Shown one piece after another: positions 28,936-37,944 of a stretch of DNA of 64,000 nucleotides. Numbering within the stretch: position 1 is the first letter of the stretch; each line of letters opens with the position of its first letter. Source of the stretch: Mucilaginibacter sp. (GTDB lineage Bacteria; Bacteroidota; Bacteroidia; Sphingobacteriales; Sphingobacteriaceae); the NCBI GenBank assembly GCA_035492275.1, contig DATJJI010000163.1, positions 3,141 through 67,140 of the forward strand, read 5' to 3'. The notes beneath the pieces are model-generated. The model was not told the origin of the DNA. It saw only the letters and a program-made list of their open reading frames with translations, and made no database searches. The translations under genes and the position numbers were made by a program.

Positions 28936-29898
28936 ATGAAGCTTCTGTATAAAATAATAGTTATTTGCTTATTGTTGACTGGTATAGGTGCAACAACCTT
29001 AAAGGCTATGGCCGGCGAGGTAACCTATACCATCAACCAGGGGCAAACTATTACTTTACACGGAAGCACTGCTAATGCCTCGGCTTACCAATGGTTTAAA
29101 GACGGTATAAGTATAAGCGGCGCCGTATTGAAAGATTACAAGGCAAGTGAAGCGGGAGAATACACCGTGGTGGCCTTTAACAGCGAAGGCTGCCCATCGG
29201 TACAGTCTGACCCGATACGTATTATCATTAATCCGGTTATCCCGGTTAAGCCTGATACGGTTGTTGATTTGCAGGTTACTATACAGTCAACCAATATACA
29301 CGCGGCACCAGGCGACAACTTTACCTATATATTAACTGCCAACAATAACAGTGTAATAAACGGAACACATGTACAAATAAAATACACTGTTCCGCCAAAC
29401 CTGGTGTACGTGCCGCAACCTGCTGATAAGGGAACAGTGGTTTACGATAGCAACACCCACACCATAACCTGGAGCATTGATCGCTTAAAGGAAAATGACC
29501 CTATACAATTGGTGGTTGGTGTAAAGGTTTTAGCACCCGGCGTTATACAAAGTGTGGTTGATATTAAGGGCAAAGAGATCGACCCGATATTGGCGAACAA
29601 TATTGACCAAACCGTTCAGCAGGTTTACCCGCTGGTGGTGCCCAATGTGTTTACGCCTAACGGCGATGGCAAGAATGATACGTTCACCATCCCGGGGCTG
29701 GATACTTACTCTGACAATGAGATCGTCATCATCAACAGGTGGGGCAATACTGTATATCAAAAAACAAATTATAAAAACGACTGGGACGGCAGCGGCCTGG
29801 TTGAGGGTACCTATTTCTATCTTCTTAGAGCGAAGAATAAGGCAGGTGTATGGGATGTTTATAAAGGTTATTTAACCTTACTAAGAACGAAAGTATAA
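28936..29898 (+). CDS. T9SS type-B CTD (gliding motility-associated C-terminal domain) protein with Ig-like and DUF11 domains
   Basis: YQWFKDG.SISGA, DLQVT...GDNFTY.LTA.N...D...ANN, then [20 protein letters not shown]....Y.N.WDG...GTYFY. Confidence 0.92.
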   Translation: MKLLYKIIVICLLLTGIGATTLKAMAGEVTYTINQGQTITLHGSTANASAYQWFKDGISISGAVLKDYKASEAGEYTVVAFNSEGCPSVQSDPIRIIINPVIPVKPDTVVDLQVTIQSTNIHAAPGDNFTYILTANNNSVINGTHVQIKYTVPPNLVYVPQPADKGTVVYDSNTHTITWSIDRLKENDPIQLVVGVKVLAPGVIQSVVDIKGKEIDPILANNIDQTVQQVYPLVVPNVFTPNGDGKNDTFTIPGLDTYSDNEIVIINRWGNTVYQKTNYKNDWDGSGLVEGTYFYLLRAKNKAGVWDVYKGYLTLLRTKV

Positions 29899-29900
29899 AG

Positions 29901-30899
29901 ATGATCAGAAAACTAATATTTCTTTTTGTTTTAACATTGGGTTGCCTTACAGCCTGGGCACAGCAGGATGCGCAGTTTAGCCAGTATATTTTTAATGGCC
30001 TGTACATTAATCCTGCTTATGCCGGTTATAAAAGCGATTTGAATATTAACAGCTTTTACCGCTCGCAGTGGACCGGCATGACCGGCGCGCCTACCACGGT
30101 TTCGCTGGCAGCCGATGAATCGTTTGCGCATGATAATGTGGGTTTGGGTATCTTATTTCAGCATGACCAGATAGGTGCGCAAAGCAATGTTGCCATGTAT
30201 ACCAACTATGCCTATCGTTTACAAATTGGCGAAGATGAAGATTCAAGGCTGGCCTTTGGCGTTGGCCTGGGCTTTATACAAAGCGGTATTGACGGCAATA
30301 AGCTGAACCCGGTTCAAGCCGGCGATGATTATATACCTAACGGCACCCATAGCTTCCTTTCGGCTGATGCGCGCCTGGGCTTTTTATACACTAATAACAG
30401 CTACTTTATCGGCGCTTCGGTTGATAACCTGCTGCCGCAATATATGCACAGCTCGCAAACATTAGACGCGCTGGGCGTACCGGTACCCAAACCGCACGAG
30501 TACTTTACCATGGGTGCCTTGTTTGATGTAAATGACGAAACCAAATTCAAGCCATCCATATTGATCAAAGACACGCCTACGGCGCCAACCAGCATGGATA
30601 TTAACGCTTTTATGCTGATGAATGATAAGTTATGGCTGGGTGCTACTTATCGCACCGCCATTTCGCTTTACAACAAACCCAACCTGCAGAAGGATCTGCC
30701 TACAGCGAGTGCAGCGGTGGCTATCGTAGAGTTTTTCCCGACCGAGACCCTGCGCATAGGTTATGCCTTCGATTACTCGCTGAACAAGATAGGTACCTAT
30801 GGCTATGGCTCGCACGAGTTATCTATCGGTATCCTGCTAAAAAACAGCAAAAGCTCACGCTCGCGCTTTAACGACCCAACCCGTAAGTGTTATTTTTAA
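29901..30899 (+). CDS. T9SS membrane protein, PorP/SprF family
   Basis: AQQDAQFSQY.FN.LYINPAYAG, YRSQWTG..GAPTT, IGYAFDY, GSHELSIG. Confidence 0.95.
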   Translation: MIRKLIFLFVLTLGCLTAWAQQDAQFSQYIFNGLYINPAYAGYKSDLNINSFYRSQWTGMTGAPTTVSLAADESFAHDNVGLGILFQHDQIGAQSNVAMYTNYAYRLQIGEDEDSRLAFGVGLGFIQSGIDGNKLNPVQAGDDYIPNGTHSFLSADARLGFLYTNNSYFIGASVDNLLPQYMHSSQTLDALGVPVPKPHEYFTMGALFDVNDETKFKPSILIKDTPTAPTSMDINAFMLMNDKLWLGATYRTAISLYNKPNLQKDLPTASAAVAIVEFFPTETLRIGYAFDYSLNKIGTYGYGSHELSIGILLKNSKSSRSRFNDPTRKCYF

Positions 30900-30979
30900 C
30901 ACCCTCTTATTCTTAATACGTTGTTATATTTATTTGATGCTGTTATATTAGCTTATTATTAATAAGCCAATTAGCAGGT

Positions 30980-31333
30980 ATGAGATCAGTAGAGTTAATT
31001 TCGGTCCCGGTTACGGACCAGCAGCGAGCCAAAGCGTTTTATTTACGCATGGGCCTTACTTTGGTTGTTGAAACTACGTTTGGTAACGGGCAGCAATGGA
31101 TACAACTGCGCTTTCCTGAAGGCGGCGCGGATATTACCCTGGTAACCTGGTTCGAGCAGATGCCGCCCGGCTGCCTGCAAGCCGTGGTAGTGCACAGCGA
31201 CGATATTGAAAAGGATGTAGCGGTATTAAAAGACAAAGGCATTGAAACCGGCACCATCGACAAAACACCCTGGGGCCTTTTCTGCTCCATACCCGACCCG
31301 GATGGCAATCGCTTTGTGCTGCATCAAAAGTAG
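30980..31333 (+). CDS. VOC/glyoxalase-family protein
   Basis: VPVTDQQRAKAFY ... TPWG ... DPDGN. Confidence 0.88.
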   Translation: MRSVELISVPVTDQQRAKAFYLRMGLTLVVETTFGNGQQWIQLRFPEGGADITLVTWFEQMPPGCLQAVVVHSDDIEKDVAVLKDKGIETGTIDKTPWGLFCSIPDPDGNRFVLHQK

Positions 31334-31360
31334 ATCAAGCCCGCTTGTTTAACGGGTTAC

Positions 31361-31469
31361 TGTTTCACGCGAGGGTGAATCAGATGAAACATGTGAAACA
31401 ATTTTTTGACCTATTTTATTGATAATGAGATTTTTATAAAAATTGGGTGAGACAAAATGAAACAGTTTT
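31361..31469. repeat. Intergenic element with repeated TGAAACA motifs
   Basis: TGTTTCA at 31361, then ATGAAACA, GTGAAACA, GTGAGACA, ATGAAACA. Confidence 0.5.
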
Positions 31470-31470
31470 G

Positions 31471-31947
31471 TTAAATATATCGGGCTTCGCGTAATACATC
31501 GATAAATTCAACGACCCCGCTAAAAAATATTAAAATTATTCCCAATGTTAGCAGCACTTTTCTCCTTTTTACAGCCTTCTCTTCTGTATATTCTTTGATT
31601 TCATTTTTTCTCTTTCTTAGTTTTTCTATATCATCTGGAGTCCAACTAAACATTTGCGAATGGTTTCCAATCTGTGTCTGTAATTCTGCAGGCGTAAACT
31701 TATTTACCAGATCAGTCGCTGTGTATTGGTCGTAATCAAAAATTTCTATAAAAACGGATATTAATATCTCTTTGTACATTTTTTTATCGTACATAACCGC
31801 CCGCTCTCTTATCAATTCTAATCCTTTTACTATTTCCTTACCTTCGTCTACTTTATATCCGGTTCTAACTTCCCGGTACAAAAACCATGCGCCCAAAAGT
31901 GCGAGCGCAATTTTTAAAATCGTTAAGATTAAGTGTGTTGTTTCCAT
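31471..31947 (-). CDS. Hypothetical membrane protein (AT-rich, two hydrophobic segments)
   Basis: 158-aa ORF with N- and C-terminal hydrophobic helices. Confidence 0.7.
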   Translation of the reverse strand: METTHLILTILKIALALLGAWFLYREVRTGYKVDEGKEIVKGLELIRERAVMYDKKMYKEILISVFIEIFDYDQYTATDLVNKFTPAELQTQIGNHSQMFSWTPDDIEKLRKRKNEIKEYTEEKAVKRRKVLLTLGIILIFFSGVVEFIDVLREARYI

Positions 31948-32073
31948 GATCGTGATTTAGGTATAAGTTATTTGAAATCAATGTTTTATTAATGTAAATA
32001 TATACAATACAACTGATTTTTATAAATAAATTTTTTAGGTACGCAAATTTGTTTGAGGCCGATATAAAAACAC

Positions 32074-32103
32074 AAAAAAATGCCCGGCAACTCTGCCGGG
32101 CAT
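32074..32103 (-). terminator. Intrinsic terminator of the DUF5010 gene
   Basis: ATGCCCGGCA-gagt-TGCCGGGCAT followed by a T-run on the minus strand. Confidence 0.8.
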
Positions 32104-32141
32104 CAAACTAACAATATAAAAGATAGGTAGGGATAAACTAT

Positions 32142-33653
32142 TTAAAAACTAACGCGGTTAAAGTAATTCACAGCGCATGATCCGGATACCGATGTTATCC
32201 TAACAGTGTGCAGACTGTTAGCCGAGAAGGTTTGTGTACCCACATCAATAGTTGAATATACACCGTTACCGGTAATAGGCAGCGTAACCGTTGGCAGGTC
32301 AACCCCATCAACAGAGAACTTGATTGATGCCGCCTGGTTTGATGAATAGCGCAACTGGAACTTGGTATGCGCCAGCAATGGCAATTCTTTCCACTCCAGC
32401 CATTCGCCGGCCTGGAACGCGGTTACGTGCCAGCCGCCGCCGGTATCGCCTGTTTTAACAATATCAATATCGCCGGCCCTGAAGGTACCACCGCTGTTGC
32501 CTGCTGTTACATCATGAAAACTGTCGCAACCCTCGGCTTCAACCTTTAGGGTTGGGGCGTAGGCTTTGCTGGTAAAGCGGCGCAATATATTTATCCTTTG
32601 GTTCGGATAATCGTAATAGGTTACGTCGCTGCTGCGCCACATGGCCGCGGTTTCTGAGGCATCGGTAAAGCCTTCGCACAAAGTTACCAGGGTGCCCGCG
32701 TTAACCGTATTGGTTAAGCCCGTGGTTAACAGCTGGCCGTGGTTAGGGTCAAGGAAGCTGCCATTGCCTGCGGTTTGGAAACTTGGTACTGCTACACCTG
32801 CATTAACGCTATTAAATGTTCTGAAAGAATACGATGATGGCGGAACGAACCAATTATGTACCGCGTCGACAACCGCAGGGTCATTACAGGTTGGGTCCTG
32901 GTTAAGCCATGATTGATCAACGATAAGGAACGGGTTAAAGCCAAAGGTCGACTGGCACTGGGTGCGTATGTACTGCGCAATTTTTTTAAGGTTGCCTGAT
33001 TGGTTGGTGCAAAATGGTGAGTTTACGCTCCAGAAAAATATTACCGGGCGGTTGCTCAGTTTAAACCGTTTAGCATCGGGCACATTCTGGAAACACAATT
33101 TAATGTTGTCATCCCATATGTATTTATAGTTGGCTGTGTTTCCGCAATCAAATGGTGGGTTGTAGCCATAGCCACTGCCATTGTCCTTGTTTCGATTAGC
33201 GGTCCATGAAGCAGGAATGTCATCAAATATAGCCACCTTGAACGCGTTGCTCAAGCCGCGACGGTCCATAGCGGCGCATAAGTTTGCCAGTTTGTTAGGG
33301 TCGCCGGCATCAATTGTTGGGTAATTGGCTAAAAAGCCGCGGTCAATAGGCGCTATGTAATCAACACCGCTGTAAGCCACTTCTTCTACCATGTTATCCC
33401 ACCAGTCGGCTTCGGTAGTGTTTGACAGGAAAATAGATTGATTGTAAGGGTATTGCATACCGCCCGCACGTTCGGCACTGTTATAACAAAGCGTTACGCC
33501 CAAATAATTGGGATTGGCTGCGGGTAAAGCGCCGGTAGTTTTACCATCAGCATTAATTGCACCGGTAGCCCCCTCCTGTGTAATTTCTTTCTTGCTACAG
33601 CCCACAATAAGGGCCAGTACCAATACTGGTAATAGTAATTTAATCCTTCTCAT
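32142..33653 (-). CDS. DUF5010-like glycoside-hydrolase lipoprotein with a C-terminal CBM6-like module
   Basis: Lipobox VGCS, DWWDNMVEE, YIWDDN, EGFTD..E, EAEGCD..HD...GN.GG.FR..D.DI, AGEWLEW. Confidence 0.7.
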   Translation of the reverse strand: MRRIKLLLPVLVLALIVGCSKKEITQEGATGAINADGKTTGALPAANPNYLGVTLCYNSAERAGGMQYPYNQSIFLSNTTEADWWDNMVEEVAYSGVDYIAPIDRGFLANYPTIDAGDPNKLANLCAAMDRRGLSNAFKVAIFDDIPASWTANRNKDNGSGYGYNPPFDCGNTANYKYIWDDNIKLCFQNVPDAKRFKLSNRPVIFFWSVNSPFCTNQSGNLKKIAQYIRTQCQSTFGFNPFLIVDQSWLNQDPTCNDPAVVDAVHNWFVPPSSYSFRTFNSVNAGVAVPSFQTAGNGSFLDPNHGQLLTTGLTNTVNAGTLVTLCEGFTDASETAAMWRSSDVTYYDYPNQRINILRRFTSKAYAPTLKVEAEGCDSFHDVTAGNSGGTFRAGDIDIVKTGDTGGGWHVTAFQAGEWLEWKELPLLAHTKFQLRYSSNQAASIKFSVDGVDLPTVTLPITGNGVYSTIDVGTQTFSANSLHTVRITSVSGSCAVNYFNRVSF

Positions 33654-33700
33654 AAGTTTTGGTTTATTTAAGTTTAACGATAGCTAATCTCGGCGCGTCA

Positions 33701-33742
33701 ACTTAAAAAAACCTAAAAAAAATCTTAAAAGTTTCTTAAAAG
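33701..33742. promoter_or_regulatory. Four direct repeats C(T/C)TAAAA at about 11-bp spacing, putative wHTH operator
   Basis: Copies at 33702, 33712, 33724 and 33735, upstream of the DUF5010 gene. Confidence 0.5.
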
Positions 33743-33774
33743 GAAACTTTTAGTTCAAGAGAAAGGGCGCGGGA

Positions 33775-36345
33775 TCAATTATTATTTAAAACCGTATGAA
33801 AGTCTTTCTTAAAATTCTCATCGTATATGCTTTTATACTCGCGGGCAAAGTTTTCGAACGCGCTTTTAGCTAAAGAGTGTTTGCCCAGATGCGATAAGGT
33901 TTTGCACTTAATAACCATGGCCTCCTCGTTAACCGGGTCGAAGTTGAAAACATAGTTTGCCAGCTGTACCAAAAACTCCGGATCGTCTGCAATTTTAATA
34001 GAGTTCGCAAAATCAAGATATATGTTAACCACCTCGTTAGTTATTTCGGCTTTAAATACATCGAGCCACTCAAACTCTACGCCCGACAGGAAACCGCCCC
34101 TGCGTATGATTTTAGTGAAATCCTCTATACCTTGTTTATTAATATCTTCGCGGGCATTAATTATATCGAGGTAGCTTTTATAATCAACCATAACCAGCTG
34201 CTCATCCATATTAATTTTCCAGTAACCGCTTTCTTTTGATATGGTACAGCCAACTAACTTTTCAAGTATGGTTCGTAACCGGGCAATATTAACATAGCGG
34301 TTATTGTGGGCGTTATTTATCGACTTATCAAACCAAAGCAACTCTTCCAGTTTTTCAGAACTGATGCCCCGGCCCCAGCGTATGCTGTATAGCAGAATGA
34401 TCAAAAAAAGCTCTTTGATTAAGGGGGTGAATGATTTTGTAAGCTCGTTTCCCTCGGCATCAAAAACCTGCAATCCTCCAAATAAAAAGATAGCGTTTTT
34501 AAATTTTACAGGCTCCTCTTTAACCGGTGGCTTTACGCGGATAACCGGTTCTATACTTTCTTTTTCATGGTCATTGATGGCACCTGGCTTTATCGCTGCG
34601 GTTTTTTTCGTCAGCCTCATTCTTTTATAAGCAAAAACACCAATAGCGCAACATAACAAAAACCCGATCAGGTACAACATGTTAAAATGAAACCGGCCCG
34701 GCGCAGCCCCGGCCTGCAGATCAATCGCTACCGGAGGGCTGTATATAGAATAAATTGTGGCCCTGGTTTTATTATTCTCGTTACGGTTAAAGGTAACGGC
34801 AATAAAGCGACCGCTTTTAGCGCTGTAAAACAGATCGGCAAATGAGCTTACATCCTGAAAGGTGTAGGGGATGGCGTTCCCAACTTTACGAAAACCCGGC
34901 CTGTTCAGCGATCCGGTGATGAGCTGCAGTTTAGATTCGTACTTGTTTTTATCAAACAACAGCGCGTAATAGGTGCTGTCGCCCTCATTGATGACCATCG
35001 AGTTGGCTAAGGCAAAATCCTGCGCGGGCACTTTCAGGTCGTAAATCTTTTTGAACGTTTTGGTTTTAGCATCAAAATAAATGAGGCTATAAAAGTACCG
35101 GGGGTTCAGGTTCTGCTCGCCGGTCAGGCTGCCATATCCCCCTAAAATATAAGCGCCTGATTGGGTGGCCCCCAGCGCGGCCAGGTAATGCGGCGGGATA
35201 AAAGCCCCGCCGGGTTTTATAATTTGCCATTGTTTGGTGGGGATATGGTAGCGCTGTACACTGTTTTTATAGTTAAGAAGGCCGTACCCGCCTATCACAT
35301 ACAGCGAGGAATCGACCGGCGAAAAAAACTTATTGAAATGCCAGTAACAGGTGCTTACCAGCGAATCGCTTAGTTTTTGGCTCCATTTTTTATGGACGAT
35401 ATCAAACCGGGCGGCCTGTTTGCTGTCTACATTAATATCAAAAAAGCTGCCGGTGTAAGGCACGTATATAGCTTGCGTGCCCCGCATTAAATATTGTTGC
35501 GCATGGCAGTTAAAAACAGTCAGCGCCTTATCAGGAATGGAATAGCTAAGCACGGAATCGTTGCCGGAGAGGTACAGTTTTTCATTTTGCTGATCAAAGG
35601 CCGCAGCCGCTTCACCATTAAACAACACCGATTGCTGCTGCTCCCAGTTATAGTGTTTTTCTTTTATCCATAAAGGATTGGTAACGCCGGCGTTTTCCTC
35701 GCGCACATCTTCGTAGGCGGTTGTGCCGGTATGCTCATTGAGTTCCCAATGGTATTTTAATTTGTTTTCCTGGCTGATCTGTACATCGCGCACCTTCATG
35801 GGCGGCACATCGGTAGTTTCGAAGGTATAGTAACTGTTGGCGCCGAACAGAATTTTATAGCAACTGTTTCTGTGCAGGCTGATGGATTGCGAAACGGATG
35901 AGCTGCCCGAATACAGCGTGAGCCTGCTTTTGTCATAATCAAACCGCAGGCGGATGTTGTTCCATTGCGTAAAAAGCTTGTCTTTAGGTATCTCGAAGGC
36001 CAGTTTCGAATAGGTATCGCCTATAACCAGTTTAAAGTGTTTATGGTCCTTCGACAGATCGTTATGAATAATATCGATATTGGTACGGTTATCTTCAATA
36101 ATGCGCACAATGTAACCGAAATAGGTTTTTTGATTAGGGCGGAAAGCGACATCAAAGCTCAGGTCGAAGTTGTCAGAAAAACACAGCGTTTTGCCGGGAC
36201 TCAGGTCAAGGCCAGTCCTTTTTTCCTGGTGCACCTCGTACCCGTAAAACCCTAACCCAAACGACTGGCCATACGCTCCCCGAAACAATACCAGCACAAA
36301 AAATAAACAAAGCGTAAAAACTCTATTAATTTTAATAGTATTCAT
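33775..36345 (-). CDS. Membrane-spanning one-component regulator: periplasmic Kelch/galactose-oxidase-like sensor, TM helix, SARP-like wHTH/BTAD output
   Basis: Signal peptide, Kelch motifs (YVIGGYG, YILGGYG), TM LYLIGFLLCCAIGVFAY, then LFGGLQV..KELFL..LW.DK...NNR.VNI.RLR and FDPVNEEAM..KC..L...GKHSLA. Confidence 0.8.
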   Translation of the reverse strand: MNTIKINRVFTLCLFFVLVLFRGAYGQSFGLGFYGYEVHQEKRTGLDLSPGKTLCFSDNFDLSFDVAFRPNQKTYFGYIVRIIEDNRTNIDIIHNDLSKDHKHFKLVIGDTYSKLAFEIPKDKLFTQWNNIRLRFDYDKSRLTLYSGSSSVSQSISLHRNSCYKILFGANSYYTFETTDVPPMKVRDVQISQENKLKYHWELNEHTGTTAYEDVREENAGVTNPLWIKEKHYNWEQQQSVLFNGEAAAAFDQQNEKLYLSGNDSVLSYSIPDKALTVFNCHAQQYLMRGTQAIYVPYTGSFFDINVDSKQAARFDIVHKKWSQKLSDSLVSTCYWHFNKFFSPVDSSLYVIGGYGLLNYKNSVQRYHIPTKQWQIIKPGGAFIPPHYLAALGATQSGAYILGGYGSLTGEQNLNPRYFYSLIYFDAKTKTFKKIYDLKVPAQDFALANSMVINEGDSTYYALLFDKNKYESKLQLITGSLNRPGFRKVGNAIPYTFQDVSSFADLFYSAKSGRFIAVTFNRNENNKTRATIYSIYSPPVAIDLQAGAAPGRFHFNMLYLIGFLLCCAIGVFAYKRMRLTKKTAAIKPGAINDHEKESIEPVIRVKPPVKEEPVKFKNAIFLFGGLQVFDAEGNELTKSFTPLIKELFLIILLYSIRWGRGISSEKLEELLWFDKSINNAHNNRYVNIARLRTILEKLVGCTISKESGYWKINMDEQLVMVDYKSYLDIINAREDINKQGIEDFTKIIRRGGFLSGVEFEWLDVFKAEITNEVVNIYLDFANSIKIADDPEFLVQLANYVFNFDPVNEEAMVIKCKTLSHLGKHSLAKSAFENFAREYKSIYDENFKKDFHTVLNNN

Positions 36346-36497
36346 AAAAAGCTTATCCTATCCGGTTAGTAAATAACCACATTGCAGCAAAAAACGGCGA
36401 ATAGTTAAAATGGTTTAAATTGGAATTTGAATATACAACTTTATACGGGTATACTCAACATAAAGATAGGGATGTGGAATATTTAATAAAGTGGGGT

Positions 36498-36530
36498 TGC
36501 ACACGCGGCACGCGTGCGCCAGCGGAGGGG
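36498..36530. repeat. REP-like palindrome GCACACGCGGCACGCGTGCGCCAGCGGAGGGG
   Basis: GC-rich hairpin (GCACACGCG / CGCGTGCGC) in AT-rich intergenic DNA. Confidence 0.55.
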
Positions 36531-36586
36531 GATTTCACAATCGACAGGTCATACGGTCAAATGGCAGTGAGGCGGTCTCTTATTAA

Positions 36587-36622
36587 TAAAGCGCAGGCCT
36601 CCCGATGGAAGCCTGCGCTTTA
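36587..36622. terminator. Hairpin terminator downstream of the cassette-like genes
   Basis: TAAAGCGCAGGC-ctcccgatggaa-GCCTGCGCTTTA. Confidence 0.6.
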
Positions 36623-36698
36623 TTGTTATTACTTGATTAGTGGGCAGAAAAAAAATGAAGCGGCTTGAGCAGAATGTAATCTATTCAGCTTTTCATTT

Positions 36699-37226
36699 TC
36701 AAGGGCCGCCAAGATATTTAAAATTAGATTGTCGCCAATGATTATCTATATACACCAGAAAATAAGCCATCATGCCGCCATGGATCTCCTCTACGGTAAA
36801 AACAGCAAACTTCCTGTCTTTTGAATAGATTACTGGCGACAAAATAATTATATGATGCCCGGGATTCTGTTCTTCAGTGCCTTCGGGCAAATCATCAACA
36901 AATTGATAATTTCCAATTTGTATTTTAAGTTCATGAGGCTTAAAGTTAAGTTCGTCAGCATAATCAAAGAATCTCTTCATTCCTTTCACCGTATCTGCCG
37001 GTTGCCATCTGGATACGCCGGAAATATCAATACGAGAAAACTCAATATATTTTAATTCTTTTGTGGATGCTATTTTGTAAATCCGATATTTTTGAGCGCT
37101 CCATTCAGATTGCTTTAGCACAGCATCGTAAACAGCAATATCGCTCTTTAAGTCTATTTTTTGTGAATAAGTCTGCGTAATAGATGCCGCCAGCAACAAA
37201 GCTATCCAAAATTTTTTATGATTCAT
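36699..37226 (-). CDS. Hypothetical secreted protein (AT-rich, cassette-like)
   Basis: Signal peptide MNHKKFWIALLLAASITQTYSQ; SPVIYSKDRKFAV. Confidence 0.75.
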   Translation of the reverse strand: MNHKKFWIALLLAASITQTYSQKIDLKSDIAVYDAVLKQSEWSAQKYRIYKIASTKELKYIEFSRIDISGVSRWQPADTVKGMKRFFDYADELNFKPHELKIQIGNYQFVDDLPEGTEEQNPGHHIIILSPVIYSKDRKFAVFTVEEIHGGMMAYFLVYIDNHWRQSNFKYLGGP

Positions 37227-37250
37227 TTTTAGTAATTTTTCTTCTTATCC

Positions 37251-37299
37251 GCTGTCCGTAGTTTCCAACTACAGACCATTATGCCCGGAGACTCTGTCT
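37251..37299. repeat. 49-bp palindromic direct repeat, copy 1
   Basis: GCTGTCCGTAGTTTCCAACTACAGACCATTATGCCCGGAGACTCTGTCT; 47/49 identical to 37887-37935. Confidence 0.92.
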
Positions 37300-37309
37300 A
37301 CGCTCAAAC

Positions 37310-37855
37310 CTATTGCTCTACCCGCAGGATGGGCGGCTTGCCTTTTATCATGTAAATCGATGTCCCGCTGTAATGAGTCGAAGCCCCGCTCTGCCCTTTT
37401 AATGGCGCACCCAGAGTCTTGTCGATCATTTTTCTGATCTTCCTTTTTGTTTTTTCAGTATAGGCTCTTTCGCCAAACTCCCTTGTTATAGAGTCATAAT
37501 ATATCAAGACAAGCCAGCCCTTGCAATAACTGTACCCATCTGGATACCGCAGTTCGTTTGTAGTGGGTTTGAATTGGTCCGATTCCGGAATTATGGAGTA
37601 ATGGATTAGCGTGTCTTTCCTGGGGTAGTCAACGACGTAAAGGGCCACATACCCCATCCCCTTCTTAAATGGGCTAGCTCGAAACGCATCACTCCTGAAT
37701 TTGTCGATCACGTTAACGATGTTCTTAGTCAGGACGGTATCGGTTATCGTTATGTAGGGCAAAAAATCAAGATTTGAGAATTGCTTTTTCGCCTGGCAGA
37801 ATGCCTTCGAGGTGAAAAGAGTCAGTAATAAAGCCAAAACAAATTTTCTTTCCAT
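37310..37855 (-). CDS. Hypothetical secreted protein (cassette-like)
   Basis: ATG at 37855 gives signal peptide MERKFVLALLLTLFTSKAFCQ. The upstream extension in the ORF track overlaps comM and is spurious. Confidence 0.75.
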   Translation of the reverse strand: MERKFVLALLLTLFTSKAFCQAKKQFSNLDFLPYITITDTVLTKNIVNVIDKFRSDAFRASPFKKGMGYVALYVVDYPRKDTLIHYSIIPESDQFKPTTNELRYPDGYSYCKGWLVLIYYDSITREFGERAYTEKTKRKIRKMIDKTLGAPLKGQSGASTHYSGTSIYMIKGKPPILRVEQ

Positions 37856-37886
37856 AATTTTATAAATGCGCTTTTTATAGTTTGCT

Positions 37887-37935
37887 GCTGTCCGTAGTTT
37901 CCAACTACGGACCATTATGCCCCGAGACTCTGTCT
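37887..37935. repeat. 49-bp palindromic direct repeat, copy 2
   Basis: GTCCGTAGTT-tcc-AACTACGGAC hairpin plus GAGAC-tct-GTCTC hairpin; 9 nt past the comM stop. Confidence 0.92.
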
Positions 37936-37944
37936 CCACACAAT

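Noticed and set aside
31361-31400. parS site
   Set aside because: Only separated half-sites; no TGTTTCACGTGAAACA-like palindrome.
36420-36668. 82-aa ORF
   Set aside because: TTG start and runs through a REP-like palindrome and a terminator hairpin; at most a gene remnant.
37251-37935. CRISPR array interpretation of the 49-bp direct repeats
   Set aside because: Only two copies, separated by a 587-bp gene-bearing spacer; no cas genes.
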